Below, one piece after another: positions 19,111-28,674 of a stretch of DNA of 64,000 nt. Made by a program: the position numbers and the translations under genes. Origin of the DNA: an uncultured bacterium (GTDB taxonomy: Bacteria > Zixibacteria > MSB-5A5 > CAIYYT01); contig CAVSCK010000005.1 in NCBI GenBank assembly GCA_963726455.1, positions 32,001 to 96,000 of the forward strand, written 5' to 3'. A model generated the notes under the pieces. That model had not been told where the DNA came from. It did not search any database and saw only the letters and a program-made list of their open reading frames with translations. Positions within the stretch are counted from its first letter, which is position 1, and every line of letters starts with the position of its first letter.

Positions 19111-21413
19111 GCAGATGTACAAATACAATACTGGGCGACAAGCTGTACGCTTACGAAGTCGGAATGCTCACTGATGATGACCGTCGGGAAATTGAAATAC
19201 ACCTGCTGGAGTGTCCATATTGCCATGAGAGGGTGCTACAGTTCCAGGAAGCAGCTACTCTGCTTAGGTACGATCCTGATGTTCGCGAGACCATCGGCGA
19301 ACTCGCGGAAGGATATTCGGGTGCAGAGTCGCAGGCAATCGCAGTAACAGTAACGAGGAAGCGCCGGATTACGTTGATTCCAGCCAGTGTAGCGGCGGCG
19401 GCGTTGCTCTTGTTTCTTATACTCAAACCTTGGCAAATCGAATTCAAGTCATCAAAGGAGGCTGTCGCCGCGGAAAATCGCTTAGCGATTGTGAGCTTCA
19501 ACAACCTCGTTGAACCTACCGATAGCCAGAAAATCGGAGAAATAACAGCCAATCTCCTGACAGCCAGTCTATCGGAGTCGCATTCGCTGCAGGTCGTCTC
19601 CAGCCAAAGGATTCATGATATTCTGAAACTGCTGGGCAAGGAAGAAACAGGGATCGTTAATCGGCAACTGGCTTCGGAGGTGGCAGCTGCGGCACGGGCT
19701 CGGTGGATAGTAACGGGGAGCATTGTTCAGATGAGGCCGCGCCTTATTGTCTCAGCGCAGGTGGCAGATGTATCAACCGGCACCATCGTCGGTTCGCAGA
19801 GCGTAACAGCCGACAGTACGGAAACCATTTTCGCGATCGCCGACAAATTAGCCATTGGCATAAAGCGTGACCTCAGACTCCCGGGACATTTGCCACAGGA
19901 AGGTCCGTCCGTGGCAGATGTCACTACCCATTCTGCCGAAGCTTATTATCACTATATCCGAGGGGTCGACTACTATTACAAACAGTACGAAAGTGAAGCG
20001 GTGGAGTGTTTCGAGAAGGCGCTGCACTGCGATTCCTCCTTCGCTATGGCTTACTATTACCTGGCGGCGCTTGATTTCACTTCACGGCGGGATTCGTTGA
20101 TGTCCAGGGCAGTTGCCTTTGCCGACAAGGCGACTTGGAAGGAGCAGCATTATATTCGCAGCGGTGCAGCCCTCATGTCAGGGGATTTCAGTGGAGCAGC
20201 GACGGAGTTGCGTCAGTTGCTCGCGCGGTACCCCGACGAAAAAAGTGGATGGTACCGATTAGGTGCGTGTCAGTACTATCAGCAACATTTCCAAGAAGCG
20301 ATTACATCCTTCGATTCCGCACTGGCACTAGATTCGTTGTACAAGGAGCCGTACAATTTCCTCGCTTATGCCTACGATCGGATAGGTAATGCCGAAATGT
20401 CTATCCTGGCGATCAACAAGTACATCGCGCTGGCGCCGGAGCAAGCCAGCCCATACAACTCGCGCGGTGACCTCTGTGCCCTCAATGGTCGCTTGGATGA
20501 CGCCATTCGGTCTTATCAGAGAGCGCTGGAAATCAAGCCTGACTTCTGGCAATCACTGGATGCACTTGGGATCATGTCTGTCTTCAAGGGTGACTATCCC
20601 CAAGCAGAGAGTTGTTTCCAGGCATTGAGTCGGGTCGGTGACAAAGTCTTCCGCGCCGCAGCCCGAAATGATCAGGCTTACGTTCTGATCCATCAGGGTA
20701 GATTCCAGCAAACTCTCAACTTCCTGCGAGGCGCCATTTCGCAGGACTTGAGTGAAGGCCTAGCGGAGTGTGCCAATTACAAGCGCCTCATGATGGCTCT
20801 CGCCTATGCCGAACAGGGGAGACTGGACAAAGGTATCAGCGAGCTCGGTGACTATGTTGCCTCAACGACCTCTCCGAGCGAGCTGCAGTATTATCCTCTA
20901 GACGTCAGGCTGTTGACCGATTCAGGCGATACAGCAGCGGCGGCCGTGGTCGTGGAAAAATTGCTCTCGGAACTGAAGAATGCCAACGCCGACTCTTCTC
21001 TCTTTTGGTGTGCTACAGGATTCATGGAAGAGGCGCGCGGCCGAACAGGCTCGGCGCTGTCGTTTCTGGAAAAGTCAACTCGGGAATCTAGAGGCTTCCT
21101 TGCCAACTACAATCTAGCTTTGGCCTACCTGAACACCAAGAGGTTGGGGGACGCCGTTGCCGGATTTGAGAAATTGACCTCGGTCTACACTCCCCAACGT
21201 CTCCTTTATGGAACGTACAACGTCAAAGTACACTACTACCTGGGCATCGCTTACGAAGAATCAAATTGGAACGAGAAAGCAATTGAGCAATACCAAATGT
21301 TCCTCAATATCTGGAAGAACGCTGACCCGGGTATTGGAGCCGTCACGGATGCCAAAGCGCGCCTAGCCAGACTCATATCCCCGTCTCGTACTTCGCCGCA
21401 CTCTTCCCTCTAG
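19107..21413 (+). CDS. zinc-finger anti-sigma factor with TM, TolB-N/CsgG-like domain and TPR repeats
   Basis: HLLECPYC (HxxxCxxC); TM; RLAIVSFNNL...WIVTGSI; VTTHSAEAYYHY; multiple TPRs; 4-bp overlap with the sigma gene. Confidence 0.88.
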   Translation: MSRCTNTILGDKLYAYEVGMLTDDDRREIEIHLLECPYCHERVLQFQEAATLLRYDPDVRETIGELAEGYSGAESQAIAVTVTRKRRITLIPASVAAAALLLFLILKPWQIEFKSSKEAVAAENRLAIVSFNNLVEPTDSQKIGEITANLLTASLSESHSLQVVSSQRIHDILKLLGKEETGIVNRQLASEVAAAARARWIVTGSIVQMRPRLIVSAQVADVSTGTIVGSQSVTADSTETIFAIADKLAIGIKRDLRLPGHLPQEGPSVADVTTHSAEAYYHYIRGVDYYYKQYESEAVECFEKALHCDSSFAMAYYYLAALDFTSRRDSLMSRAVAFADKATWKEQHYIRSGAALMSGDFSGAATELRQLLARYPDEKSGWYRLGACQYYQQHFQEAITSFDSALALDSLYKEPYNFLAYAYDRIGNAEMSILAINKYIALAPEQASPYNSRGDLCALNGRLDDAIRSYQRALEIKPDFWQSLDALGIMSVFKGDYPQAESCFQALSRVGDKVFRAAARNDQAYVLIHQGRFQQTLNFLRGAISQDLSEGLAECANYKRLMMALAYAEQGRLDKGISELGDYVASTTSPSELQYYPLDVRLLTDSGDTAAAAVVVEKLLSELKNANADSSLFWCATGFMEEARGRTGSALSFLEKSTRESRGFLANYNLALAYLNTKRLGDAVAGFEKLTSVYTPQRLLYGTYNVKVHYYLGIAYEESNWNEKAIEQYQMFLNIWKNADPGIGAVTDAKARLARLISPSRTSPHSSL

Positions 21414-21528
21414 AGAAATGAGTGGAGCGCTGAAAGAGGCAAACTGACCCACTACTCGCGTAAGACGATCTGGACGATCCGTATCGCTAAGGGAGCACTT
21501 GCGTGACGAGAAGGTTGAACTTTCCGCC

Positions 21529-21727
21529 GTTGTCCCTCGTTGTCCCTTTTTGACCTCGAAATGTCCCTGGAGGACAACTCTAACCAGAAAACGCTGCGTG
21601 CGTCTAACTGTGCCATTATCGCCTACTTACGGCGAATACAATGCCTCATTTCGGAGCTAAATTACCTCTAACTAGCCCTTTTCAGAGTTTTTCAATTTTG
21701 GTACAATTGGGGACAACTGGGGACAAT
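21529..21727. repeat. non-coding element copy B with inverted phased TTGTCCC / GGGACAA arms
   Basis: Left arm: TTGTCCC-like x4 at 10-11 bp spacing; right arm: GGTACAA, GGGACAA, GGGACAA at 10 bp spacing; homologous to 12782-12945. Confidence 0.75.
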
Positions 21728-21850
21728 GTGGTCAAACGGAGCGAAGTAGCAGCTATGCTTCGGATACGGAGCTTTCTTTCTTGGATTGGAACTTATCGCA
21801 TGCAGAATATAGATTTGTCGGTTGGGTGGGCTTCAGACTGAGGAGTAAAC

Positions 21851-22432
21851 GTGCGGAATCCAAAGCTCGAAGAATCGTCACAACCTCCCGAGAATACGAT
21901 GCAGTTCCGGCCTTTCGAATTTGTCTTCTTCAGGAACATGCGTGCTGAGACAATAGTTCATTCAGAGAGAAGCAGACTGCTCTATACTCAGAAATCGATG
22001 CTAGGGATCGTCATGATTGGGTGGGGAGTGTTGATAGGTTCTATGTTCATTAAGCATCCGTCGATAGAGGCGTTCGCGTTTGGTATTGTGCCGCTGCTAC
22101 TTGGCCTGGGCGTGTTCTGGCAGAGCTTGTTCACCTCAATTTATCTATGTGACACTTATGTGATGGATGGTATTCTCTTGTGGAAGGGAGTGTGTGCATT
22201 CTCCACCGCTATTCCCTATGAGAAGATAGTCAAAGTGACCGTAGTGCAGAAGGGCTACCTGTTTTGCCGAATGTCTATCTCAACTAAAGGAGAAGACGCC
22301 ACAAAGATAGTTGTCCACAAAGATAGCTTATCCGACTTTACGGAAATTCTTTGGACGCTTCGCGATAAAATCGACAAGTCAGCATTTAGCAGCGAAGCGC
22401 TGGCGATAGGGAGTATTGATCGGGTAACATGA
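21851..22432 (+). CDS. hypothetical membrane protein (2 TM + possible PH-like domain)
   Basis: GAGGAG RBS before GTG; two hydrophobic helices; AIPYEKIVKVTV. Confidence 0.7.
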   Translation: MRNPKLEESSQPPENTMQFRPFEFVFFRNMRAETIVHSERSRLLYTQKSMLGIVMIGWGVLIGSMFIKHPSIEAFAFGIVPLLLGLGVFWQSLFTSIYLCDTYVMDGILLWKGVCAFSTAIPYEKIVKVTVVQKGYLFCRMSISTKGEDATKIVVHKDSLSDFTEILWTLRDKIDKSAFSSEALAIGSIDRVT

Positions 22433-22585
22433 AGTTCGATTGAAACTCTCGGTGGTCTCCTTGTGATACAGAGGAAGTTCACCTCCAATGACAGAGAACA
22501 ACATGCCTGTGATAAGTAATGGACCCCTTCCTGTTCCGGCAGGTCCTGCGCCGCACCTGTCTTCGTCTTACACCCGCTTACTCTT

Positions 22586-22655
22586 GTCATTCCCGCGTAG
22601 GTGGGAATGACATGGCCGAGCAGGGTTTTCGTCAGGAAAGGGTTCCTGACGGCGC
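22586..22655. repeat. REP-like palindromes (GTCATTCCC-N8-GGGAATGAC; GTCAGGAA..TTCCTGACGGCGC)
   Basis: Palindromes recurring at 23718, 23844, 23913, 26178, 27926. Confidence 0.8.
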
Positions 22656-22715
22656 AGAGAACGCGGGCACGTAACAAGATATTTCCACGGGCGGTCGAAA
22701 TCGAAACAAGATCCG

Positions 22716-23504
22716 TCAAGCAAAGATGATTGCGCGCATCGATAAGGAAGATAGGTCGAAGCCGGTGATTGGGAAGGTGACGCGATCGGATTTGTCGGAA
22801 GCGCCGAAGGCATAGAGCAGCGGCATATAATGATCGGGAGTGGGATGCGAGATGTGGCCGGATTTGGTGTCGAGTGCGCCAACCAGGAAATCGGCGTCGT
22901 ACTGCTCGACAGCACGCGCGATGTCGGTATCGAACGAATTCGCCCAGTCGGGAGTTGACAGGTCGTGCCGCTCGAAGCTTAACATGGCATGCCAGAGATT
23001 GTGAACGATGTTGCCACTGCCCATGATCAACACGCCCTCATCACGCAGCGGCGACAATGCGCGGCCGATGGCAAGATGATCGGCGGGTCCCCCGCGAGTG
23101 TTGATGCTCAATTGGACGACGGGATGATCGGCCTCGGGGTAAAGATGATGCAAGACCGACCAAGTACCATGGTCGATGCCCCAATCGTAACTGAGGGATG
23201 CCTGCTTCGTGCCGATGAGTTTGACGACGCGGCCGGCAAGATCAACATCACCGGCAGCCGGATACTTCATCTCGTAAAGCGTCTGCGGGAAGCCGCCAAA
23301 GTCATGAATGGTCTCAGGGTGTTGGTTGCCGGTCAGGTAAGTGCCGGGGACAAACCAGTGCGCGGAAATCGACAGGATCGCGCGCGGTGTGGGCAACAGT
23401 GTCGCGAGTGATTTGAAGGCGCGGCTCCATTGGTTGTCCTCGATGGCGTTCATCGGCGAGCCATGGCCGACAAATAAGACGGGCATGCGAGAGGAATCTG
23501 GCAT
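22716..23504 (-). CDS. ygiD: 4,5-DOPA extradiol dioxygenase (YgiD/LigB family)
   Basis: MPVLFVGHGSPMNAIE, ISAHW, TIHDFGGFP, WGIDHGTW, GSGNIVHNL, SHPTPDHYMPL; GGAGG RBS. Confidence 0.93.
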   Translation of the reverse strand: MPDSSRMPVLFVGHGSPMNAIEDNQWSRAFKSLATLLPTPRAILSISAHWFVPGTYLTGNQHPETIHDFGGFPQTLYEMKYPAAGDVDLAGRVVKLIGTKQASLSYDWGIDHGTWSVLHHLYPEADHPVVQLSINTRGGPADHLAIGRALSPLRDEGVLIMGSGNIVHNLWHAMLSFERHDLSTPDWANSFDTDIARAVEQYDADFLVGALDTKSGHISHPTPDHYMPLLYAFGASDKSDRVTFPITGFDLSSLSMRAIIFA

Positions 23505-23717
23505 CGTGAACCTCCTCAAGGGATACGCTCAATGAAGACAAAGTATGGGCGAGCGGAATCGAAGTTGTTCGTATGAGCACGCGAGGATGCAGGTTTCTCG
23601 TCCCGTGGTGTACCGGAGGCGTGTCGAAAGGTAAGGGCGGAAGTGGCATTGAGGCATGGGACTCGAAACGCCGACCTAAAACCATTGACATGAAGGACGG
23701 TATCTACGAATTCAGCC

Positions 23718-23980
23718 GTCAGGAAGGGATTCCAGACGGCGCGGTTCTTGACCTCGCACGAAACCCACCGCAAGCGGATGAAGCACTCGGCGACAAGCTC
23801 CCTTCGACAAACGGCAGGCACGTCTGGCGAGATAATGACACCATCAGGAAAGGGTTCCTGACGGCGCGGAGTCATTGCGCCGCACGGGGACTTACGCCGC
23901 GCACAGTTCAGGCCTGGATTCTCGCCTTCGCGGCAATGACAACGCAACGAAGGTCAAAATCGAAGCGGTCTTGGCCTACG
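23718..23980. repeat. REP/dRS3-like mosaic
   Basis: Two GTCAGGAA..TTCC.GACGGCGC palindromes plus CTGGATTC...AATGACAACGCAACGAA.GTCAA...GCGGT.TTG.CCT, near-repeated at 26178-26243. Confidence 0.8.
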
Positions 23981-24020
23981 CAATGTGACGGACGGCGACA
24001 CAAATCGCGGAGTATCAGAA

Positions 24021-25922
24021 TTACTTCCGATCCACCTTGACGGTCTTTGGTTCAGGACGCTCGGGGATACGCTGCGAGGCAGACTTCGCCGTATTGTCCC
24101 GCAACGCCTGTTGTTTGGCGCGGTCCTGTGGTGTCCGGTCCGGGTCATAGGTGACGCTCTGTTCCTCACCGAAGCCGTAAAGGGATGGATGCAGATAACG
24201 TCCCTTCTCGTTCGCACGCTTCTCTGGCTCAACTTGCAGCGGATGCGCCTGAGCGAATTTGTCCTGACGCACGCCGGTAACCTGCCAACTTACTTTGAGA
24301 CCGGGCGTGCCTCCGGCGACTTCAAACTGATTGTTATTGATTTCCGAAGCAACATAGACGGGCGCATAACCGCCGACACAGGTCAACTGATAGCGGAAGT
24401 CGCCATTCAATGATTGAAACCAATCGGGCAGTTGGATGGTTGCTTTGCCGCCGGCATTGAGCACGACCACGCCATCATAGATATTCTTCATCTCCGACGA
24501 CTCGACCGAGCTGTGCTCCAGGTAGCGATTGGCCGGGTCAAGTGGGTGGTCGATCTTAAAACCGCCGGCAGATTTGACCACAGTTCCGGTGACATTGACG
24601 TCGCCTTGAAAATACCCTGCCCAATTGGTTGTGCCCCACGCGGCAGATGCGAAGACTCCAATGTTCATTCCGGCTCCGTTGGCCTCAGAGTAGAGACCGT
24701 AATTGAGGCCACTGCCACCGCTCACTTTGCTGCCCACACCAAAGTAAGTAAGGCCTCCGGTTGGATTTACGGAGGCAGCAACTCCTTCATATCCGCCCTC
24801 GAAGGCCCCTCCGATGCCGAAGTAGTCCGCAGGTTTTGAGTAGCCATTGACGGCGATGTGATCGGCGAGAAACGAACCGGCGTATTTGGCGTCGATGACT
24901 GTCGACAATCCGATCGTCCAGTTATGGATTCGAATTTCGCCGTGTTAGGTCCGTTCCCCATGCATTCCAGGACAGTTTCACCGGCAACGATGCGGCAGTC
25001 CCGTTAGCGGCATATGCCGTCATCGCGAGCCCTGAGTCCGCGTGTTGATTGCGAGAAGATGGCCCCGTAGTCTTTACTGACTGTGCAAACCAGCCAGCAA
25101 TCGATGGCTCTTCGGTGGAGGACGCGTACAGGGCGCAAAGAGGCCATGCGGGGCACCATTGAAGTTTGCCGTTGTGGAAAGTGCAGGTGTTTGACCGGAG
25201 TTTGACACTTCCAGAGTGGGGCGATCAGGAGAGTCACTCGTGCTCGTAAATCTGCCTCCCTTTGTTCACCGGTAGTGACCACCTCAAGTTTGGCGTTGGG
25301 ATTCGGAGTGCCGATGCCAACGCTATCAGCGTTAGTGGTGTGTGTAAACGATCGAGCCGGAATCCGTCCAGCCGGAACTAGCGCCAGTCAAATCTGTCGC
25401 CGCGGTCCATGCACCTCTCTGCCACTTGATCACATCTCCGTCTGCCGCTCCATTAGCGCCGAGATCCTCAAACAGAATCGAGCCGTTTACGATCTTGGCG
25501 CTGTTGACCGTGTTGTCGGCGATGGAACTGGCCAGGTCGGCGGTTTTCGCAGTAAAGGCGTAACCGGAAGTCGTAAAGCGATGGCGCGGGGTCAATTCGG
25601 GATCGGGAGGAAGCGTAATTCCCAGGCATAGGGTTGTATCGTTTTGCCAATACTCAGTCGGCAATGGCGGTTGAGGGGATTGTCCCAACTCGACGGAGAA
25701 CAGGCCTTCAGTCAGCACAACACTAATTGTGCCGGAAGACCAAAGTGGAGCGCCGCCTCCGTTATAGATGGTGAAGATCATATTCTTGGGGCCGTTAGAA
25801 GGTGCTCCTCCGGAAGTCAGTTTGCCCTGATAGGACATGATACGCGGCACTTCCGCCAGGACGAATGGAGACGTCAGAATGATTATCATCCAAATTGCTG
25901 CCAGTTTCCCAGTGAATCTCAT
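24021..25922 (-). pseudogene. secreted fibre-like protein with peptidase-S74-like chaperone C-terminus, multiply frameshifted in 24900-25340
   Basis: N-terminus EVPRIMSYQGKLT...GLFSVELG; VGIGTPNPNAKLEV; WAGYFQGDVNVTG; FKIDHPLDPANRYLEHSSVESSEMKNIYDG...LPDWF...YQLTCVG...VSWQVTGVRQD. Confidence 0.8.
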
Positions 25923-26177
25923 GGTTCCTGCTCCTCTATAAGGTATCTGTGAAAGTTTGATTCCGTACAAATGCGGTGCCAGTGTCGATCACGATGGCAA
26001 ATAGAAACGCGCAGACGGCTTAGTAGCCACGCACCGCTTTAATAGATGTAGTATCGACTACTTTCGAATCTTTCGTAAGATAACTTCTTTGGTATTATTG
26101 TCAATGATTAACTAGGACACCGTCGGAGCACGCGCCTAACTTCGTCGTGCGCAAGGCCTGACACAACCGGAATAATT

Positions 26178-26243
26178 CTGGATTCCCATCTGCGTGGGAA
26201 TGACAACGCAACGAATGTCAAGACCAAGGCGGTATTGACCTGC
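26178..26243. repeat. REP/dRS3-like mosaic
   Basis: ATTCCC-N8-GGGAATGACAACGCAACGAA, homologous to 23914-23980. Confidence 0.8.
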
Positions 26244-26424
26244 ATGTAAACTGGAGTATATCTGTCCGCGATACGAAGTCATTCCGCAAACATGGACTTA
26301 GGCGAAGGCGTAGAATTTCAGGAACACTATTCAACAATTCACAGCTTCGAAATGAACATCGTAACGAAGTCTTAGAAGTTTACTGGTGATACTTTTCACA
26401 AACATTAGAAAAAGGAGCTAGACG

Positions 26425-27774
26425 ATGTGGAAGACAGTTGTTATTGTCTCAGCGCTCATCCTTCTGCTTGCAGCCGCACTGCCCGCCCAGAATCGTATCA
26501 TGATTGCCTGGAATGATCTGGGGATGCATTGCGCCAATAAGGATTTTACCACGTTCGTGGTGCTGCCGCCATTCAACAACGTACATGCACAGGTAATCAA
26601 GGTTGGTGACGCCGTCAACTTGCCGGTCGTCGAGACCGCAAATTTGCACATCACGTATGAGATTCCCGGCAATACGTATTCGGTCGGCAAGACGAATTTC
26701 TGGGACTATGCGTTCCACCTGTTCGGTGTACATCTTGGACCAGATACCGGTCTCGCCGGAAATTCATTGACCGGACAGTTGACAGCCACTGACAATTACT
26801 GGACGGTCACCGGCATACCCCTAACACCTTACACTGATGCCGATCTCGTTAATGAGCATCCCTTTCAACTGGGCCTTCTGAAAGTATATGACCAGTCGAA
26901 TCAGCTTCTGGCGACAACGCAGCCGGTGATTCCGGTGTCGAACGAAATCAATTGCGTCGGTTCCGGCTGTCACGCCAGCGCTCAGGCGATACTCAACCAA
27001 CATGATGCCGAGGGCGGATTCAATCCGGCCAATGCCCCGATTCTGTGCGCGTCGTGTCATTCCTCTAACGCGCTGGGTACGCCCGGTCAACCCGGACTTC
27101 CATCGCTGTCACAGGTTGTGCACGAACACCACGGCGGCATCACCAACGATTGCTATAAATGCCATCCCGGACCGAATACGCAGTGCCTGCGCGACATCAT
27201 GTCGACGAAGCACGGGATGGTGTGTCAGGATTGTCACGGCAGTGTGACCAACGTCGGGCAAAGCATCGCCAACGGCCGCATTCCCTGGTTGCAGGAACCG
27301 TCCTGCGGAGCGACGACCTGCCATGGCGCGAATTTTGCCGAGGAACCGGGCAAGCTTTTTCGCCAGTCACGCGGGCACGGCGGACTGTTCTGCAGCGCCT
27401 GCCACGGCGAGCCGCATGCCATTGTCACCAGCCGCGTCGCGAACGACAATGTTCAGCAGATCGCATTGCAGGGTCATTCGGGCACGTTGAGCAAGTGCGA
27501 AGTTTGCCATGGTGTGGTGCCGACCGGCGCGGGGCCTCACGGTATCCTTGCCTCGAGCTGTCAATGCGGGGACGCCAACGGCGATCTGGCAATTGACATT
27601 TCGGATGCGGTGTTCCTGATCCAGTACATCTTTGCGTCAGGAGTGGCGCCCGGTTTTTGCGTCTATCACAACGGATTGGGTGATGCCAATGGAGATGGGT
27701 CGATTGACATATCCGATGCGGTGTACCTGATACAATACATTTTCGCGGGTGGAGCGGCGCCACATTGCATGTAG
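26425..27774 (+). CDS. secreted multiheme cytochrome c with C-terminal dockerin-like domain
   Basis: Signal peptide; AWNDLGMHC; five CxxCH (CASCH, CYKCH, CQDCH, CSACH, CEVCH) plus two CX4CH (CVGSGCH, CGATTCH); [23 protein letters not shown]...[28 protein letters not shown]. Confidence 0.93.
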   Translation: MWKTVVIVSALILLLAAALPAQNRIMIAWNDLGMHCANKDFTTFVVLPPFNNVHAQVIKVGDAVNLPVVETANLHITYEIPGNTYSVGKTNFWDYAFHLFGVHLGPDTGLAGNSLTGQLTATDNYWTVTGIPLTPYTDADLVNEHPFQLGLLKVYDQSNQLLATTQPVIPVSNEINCVGSGCHASAQAILNQHDAEGGFNPANAPILCASCHSSNALGTPGQPGLPSLSQVVHEHHGGITNDCYKCHPGPNTQCLRDIMSTKHGMVCQDCHGSVTNVGQSIANGRIPWLQEPSCGATTCHGANFAEEPGKLFRQSRGHGGLFCSACHGEPHAIVTSRVANDNVQQIALQGHSGTLSKCEVCHGVVPTGAGPHGILASSCQCGDANGDLAIDISDAVFLIQYIFASGVAPGFCVYHNGLGDANGDGSIDISDAVYLIQYIFAGGAAPHCM

Positions 27775-27786
27775 GATAGTGAGAAT

Positions 27787-28117
27787 GTCGAAACCCCGGC
27801 GGCGAAATAGCACGGCGAACGAATTCCACAAGGGGTTTCAACCTACGAAACTGGCGGCAGGCGAGGACGACTGCCGAGCATAAGCCGTCAAAATCGAAGC
27901 GGTTTTGAGCTACGTGTCGAATCGGCCTGGATTCCCGCCTTCGCGGGAATGACATGGTGGGCGCGGGAATGACATAGTAGGCGCGGGAATGACATGTGGA
28001 GGGCGTACCCGGACTGGCGGCAGGCGAAGACGACTGCCGGGCACGGGGGTTAGGGAGTGCGGGGTGACACGGGCGCTACTTGTCGAAACAGAACACACCC
28101 CTTAGTCCCCTCTCAAG
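27787..28117. repeat. complex REP mosaic with 20-bp tandem units and a 31-bp direct repeat
   Basis: GTCGAAACCCC...GGGGTTTCAAC; ACTGGCGGCAGGCGA.GACGACTGCCG.GCA at 27850 and 28013; ATTCCC-GCCTTCGC-GGGAAT; CGCGGGAATGACAT x3 at 20-bp period (27942-27995). Confidence 0.85.
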
Positions 28118-28252
28118 GGGAATCATATACAAAACAAACCCGAACGTTCCGTAAGTCACTCATTTTGAGCGGTTTATGTCAACCGTTGGAAATAACACCC
28201 AACAGGGAGCGGTGAACTCCCCGTTAGGGATAACGGCACGGAGATTTGTGAT

Positions 28253-28495
28253 ATGATAATAGATATTCACACAGTAGGAACCGCATTAACCAAGATCAGA
28301 AAACGAATAGAGGATACGTCACCGTGGGTTAAGGCGTCAGGATGTCAAAATGAGCAAGGGCACACAATTACCGGAACCCCAGAGCGTACTTATTGGCATT
28401 ATGGATACTTGGTTGCCCTGATGGACGTTGAGTGTTTACTAACGAATCAAAAACCGCGTGTTACCGCAGATGGCATACCGGGCACTCCCAATTAG
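28253..28495 (+). CDS. small hypothetical IS passenger protein
   Basis: GGAG RBS upstream; GTPERTYWHYGYLVALMDV segment; inside IS. Confidence 0.6.
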   Translation: MIIDIHTVGTALTKIRKRIEDTSPWVKASGCQNEQGHTITGTPERTYWHYGYLVALMDVECLLTNQKPRVTADGIPGTPN

Positions 28496-28674
28496 AACCG
28501 TCAGAAGAAGAATCCTATTCTTCTTCAAAGTTGCCCTCTTTTTTCTCCCGGTTTCCCTTCCTATGGCATCATCACCACCGAAGCGGATAGCAACCGGGAA
28601 CTACCCGCCATCAGCAATATGGTGGCGGGAGCTATTACCGTCAACCAAACAGAGTACTTGAAAGTGAGAACGAT

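Noticed and set aside
21441-21455. AAACTGACCCACTAC, reminiscent of an IS terminal sequence
   Set aside because: No partner end, TSD or transposase; family cannot be assigned.
23516-24040. ORFs 23573-24040 (+) and 23516-23947 (-)
   Set aside because: They run through REP-like palindromes and lack protein motifs; likely spurious.
27942-27995. Possible mini-CRISPR array
   Set aside because: 14-bp repeat with 6-bp linkers is far too short; no cas genes.
26277-28176. Additional TAAGT-N15/16-ACTTA-like motifs at ~26277 and ~28152
   Set aside because: They resemble the core of the 12782/21529 element but lack its arms and are too degenerate to call.
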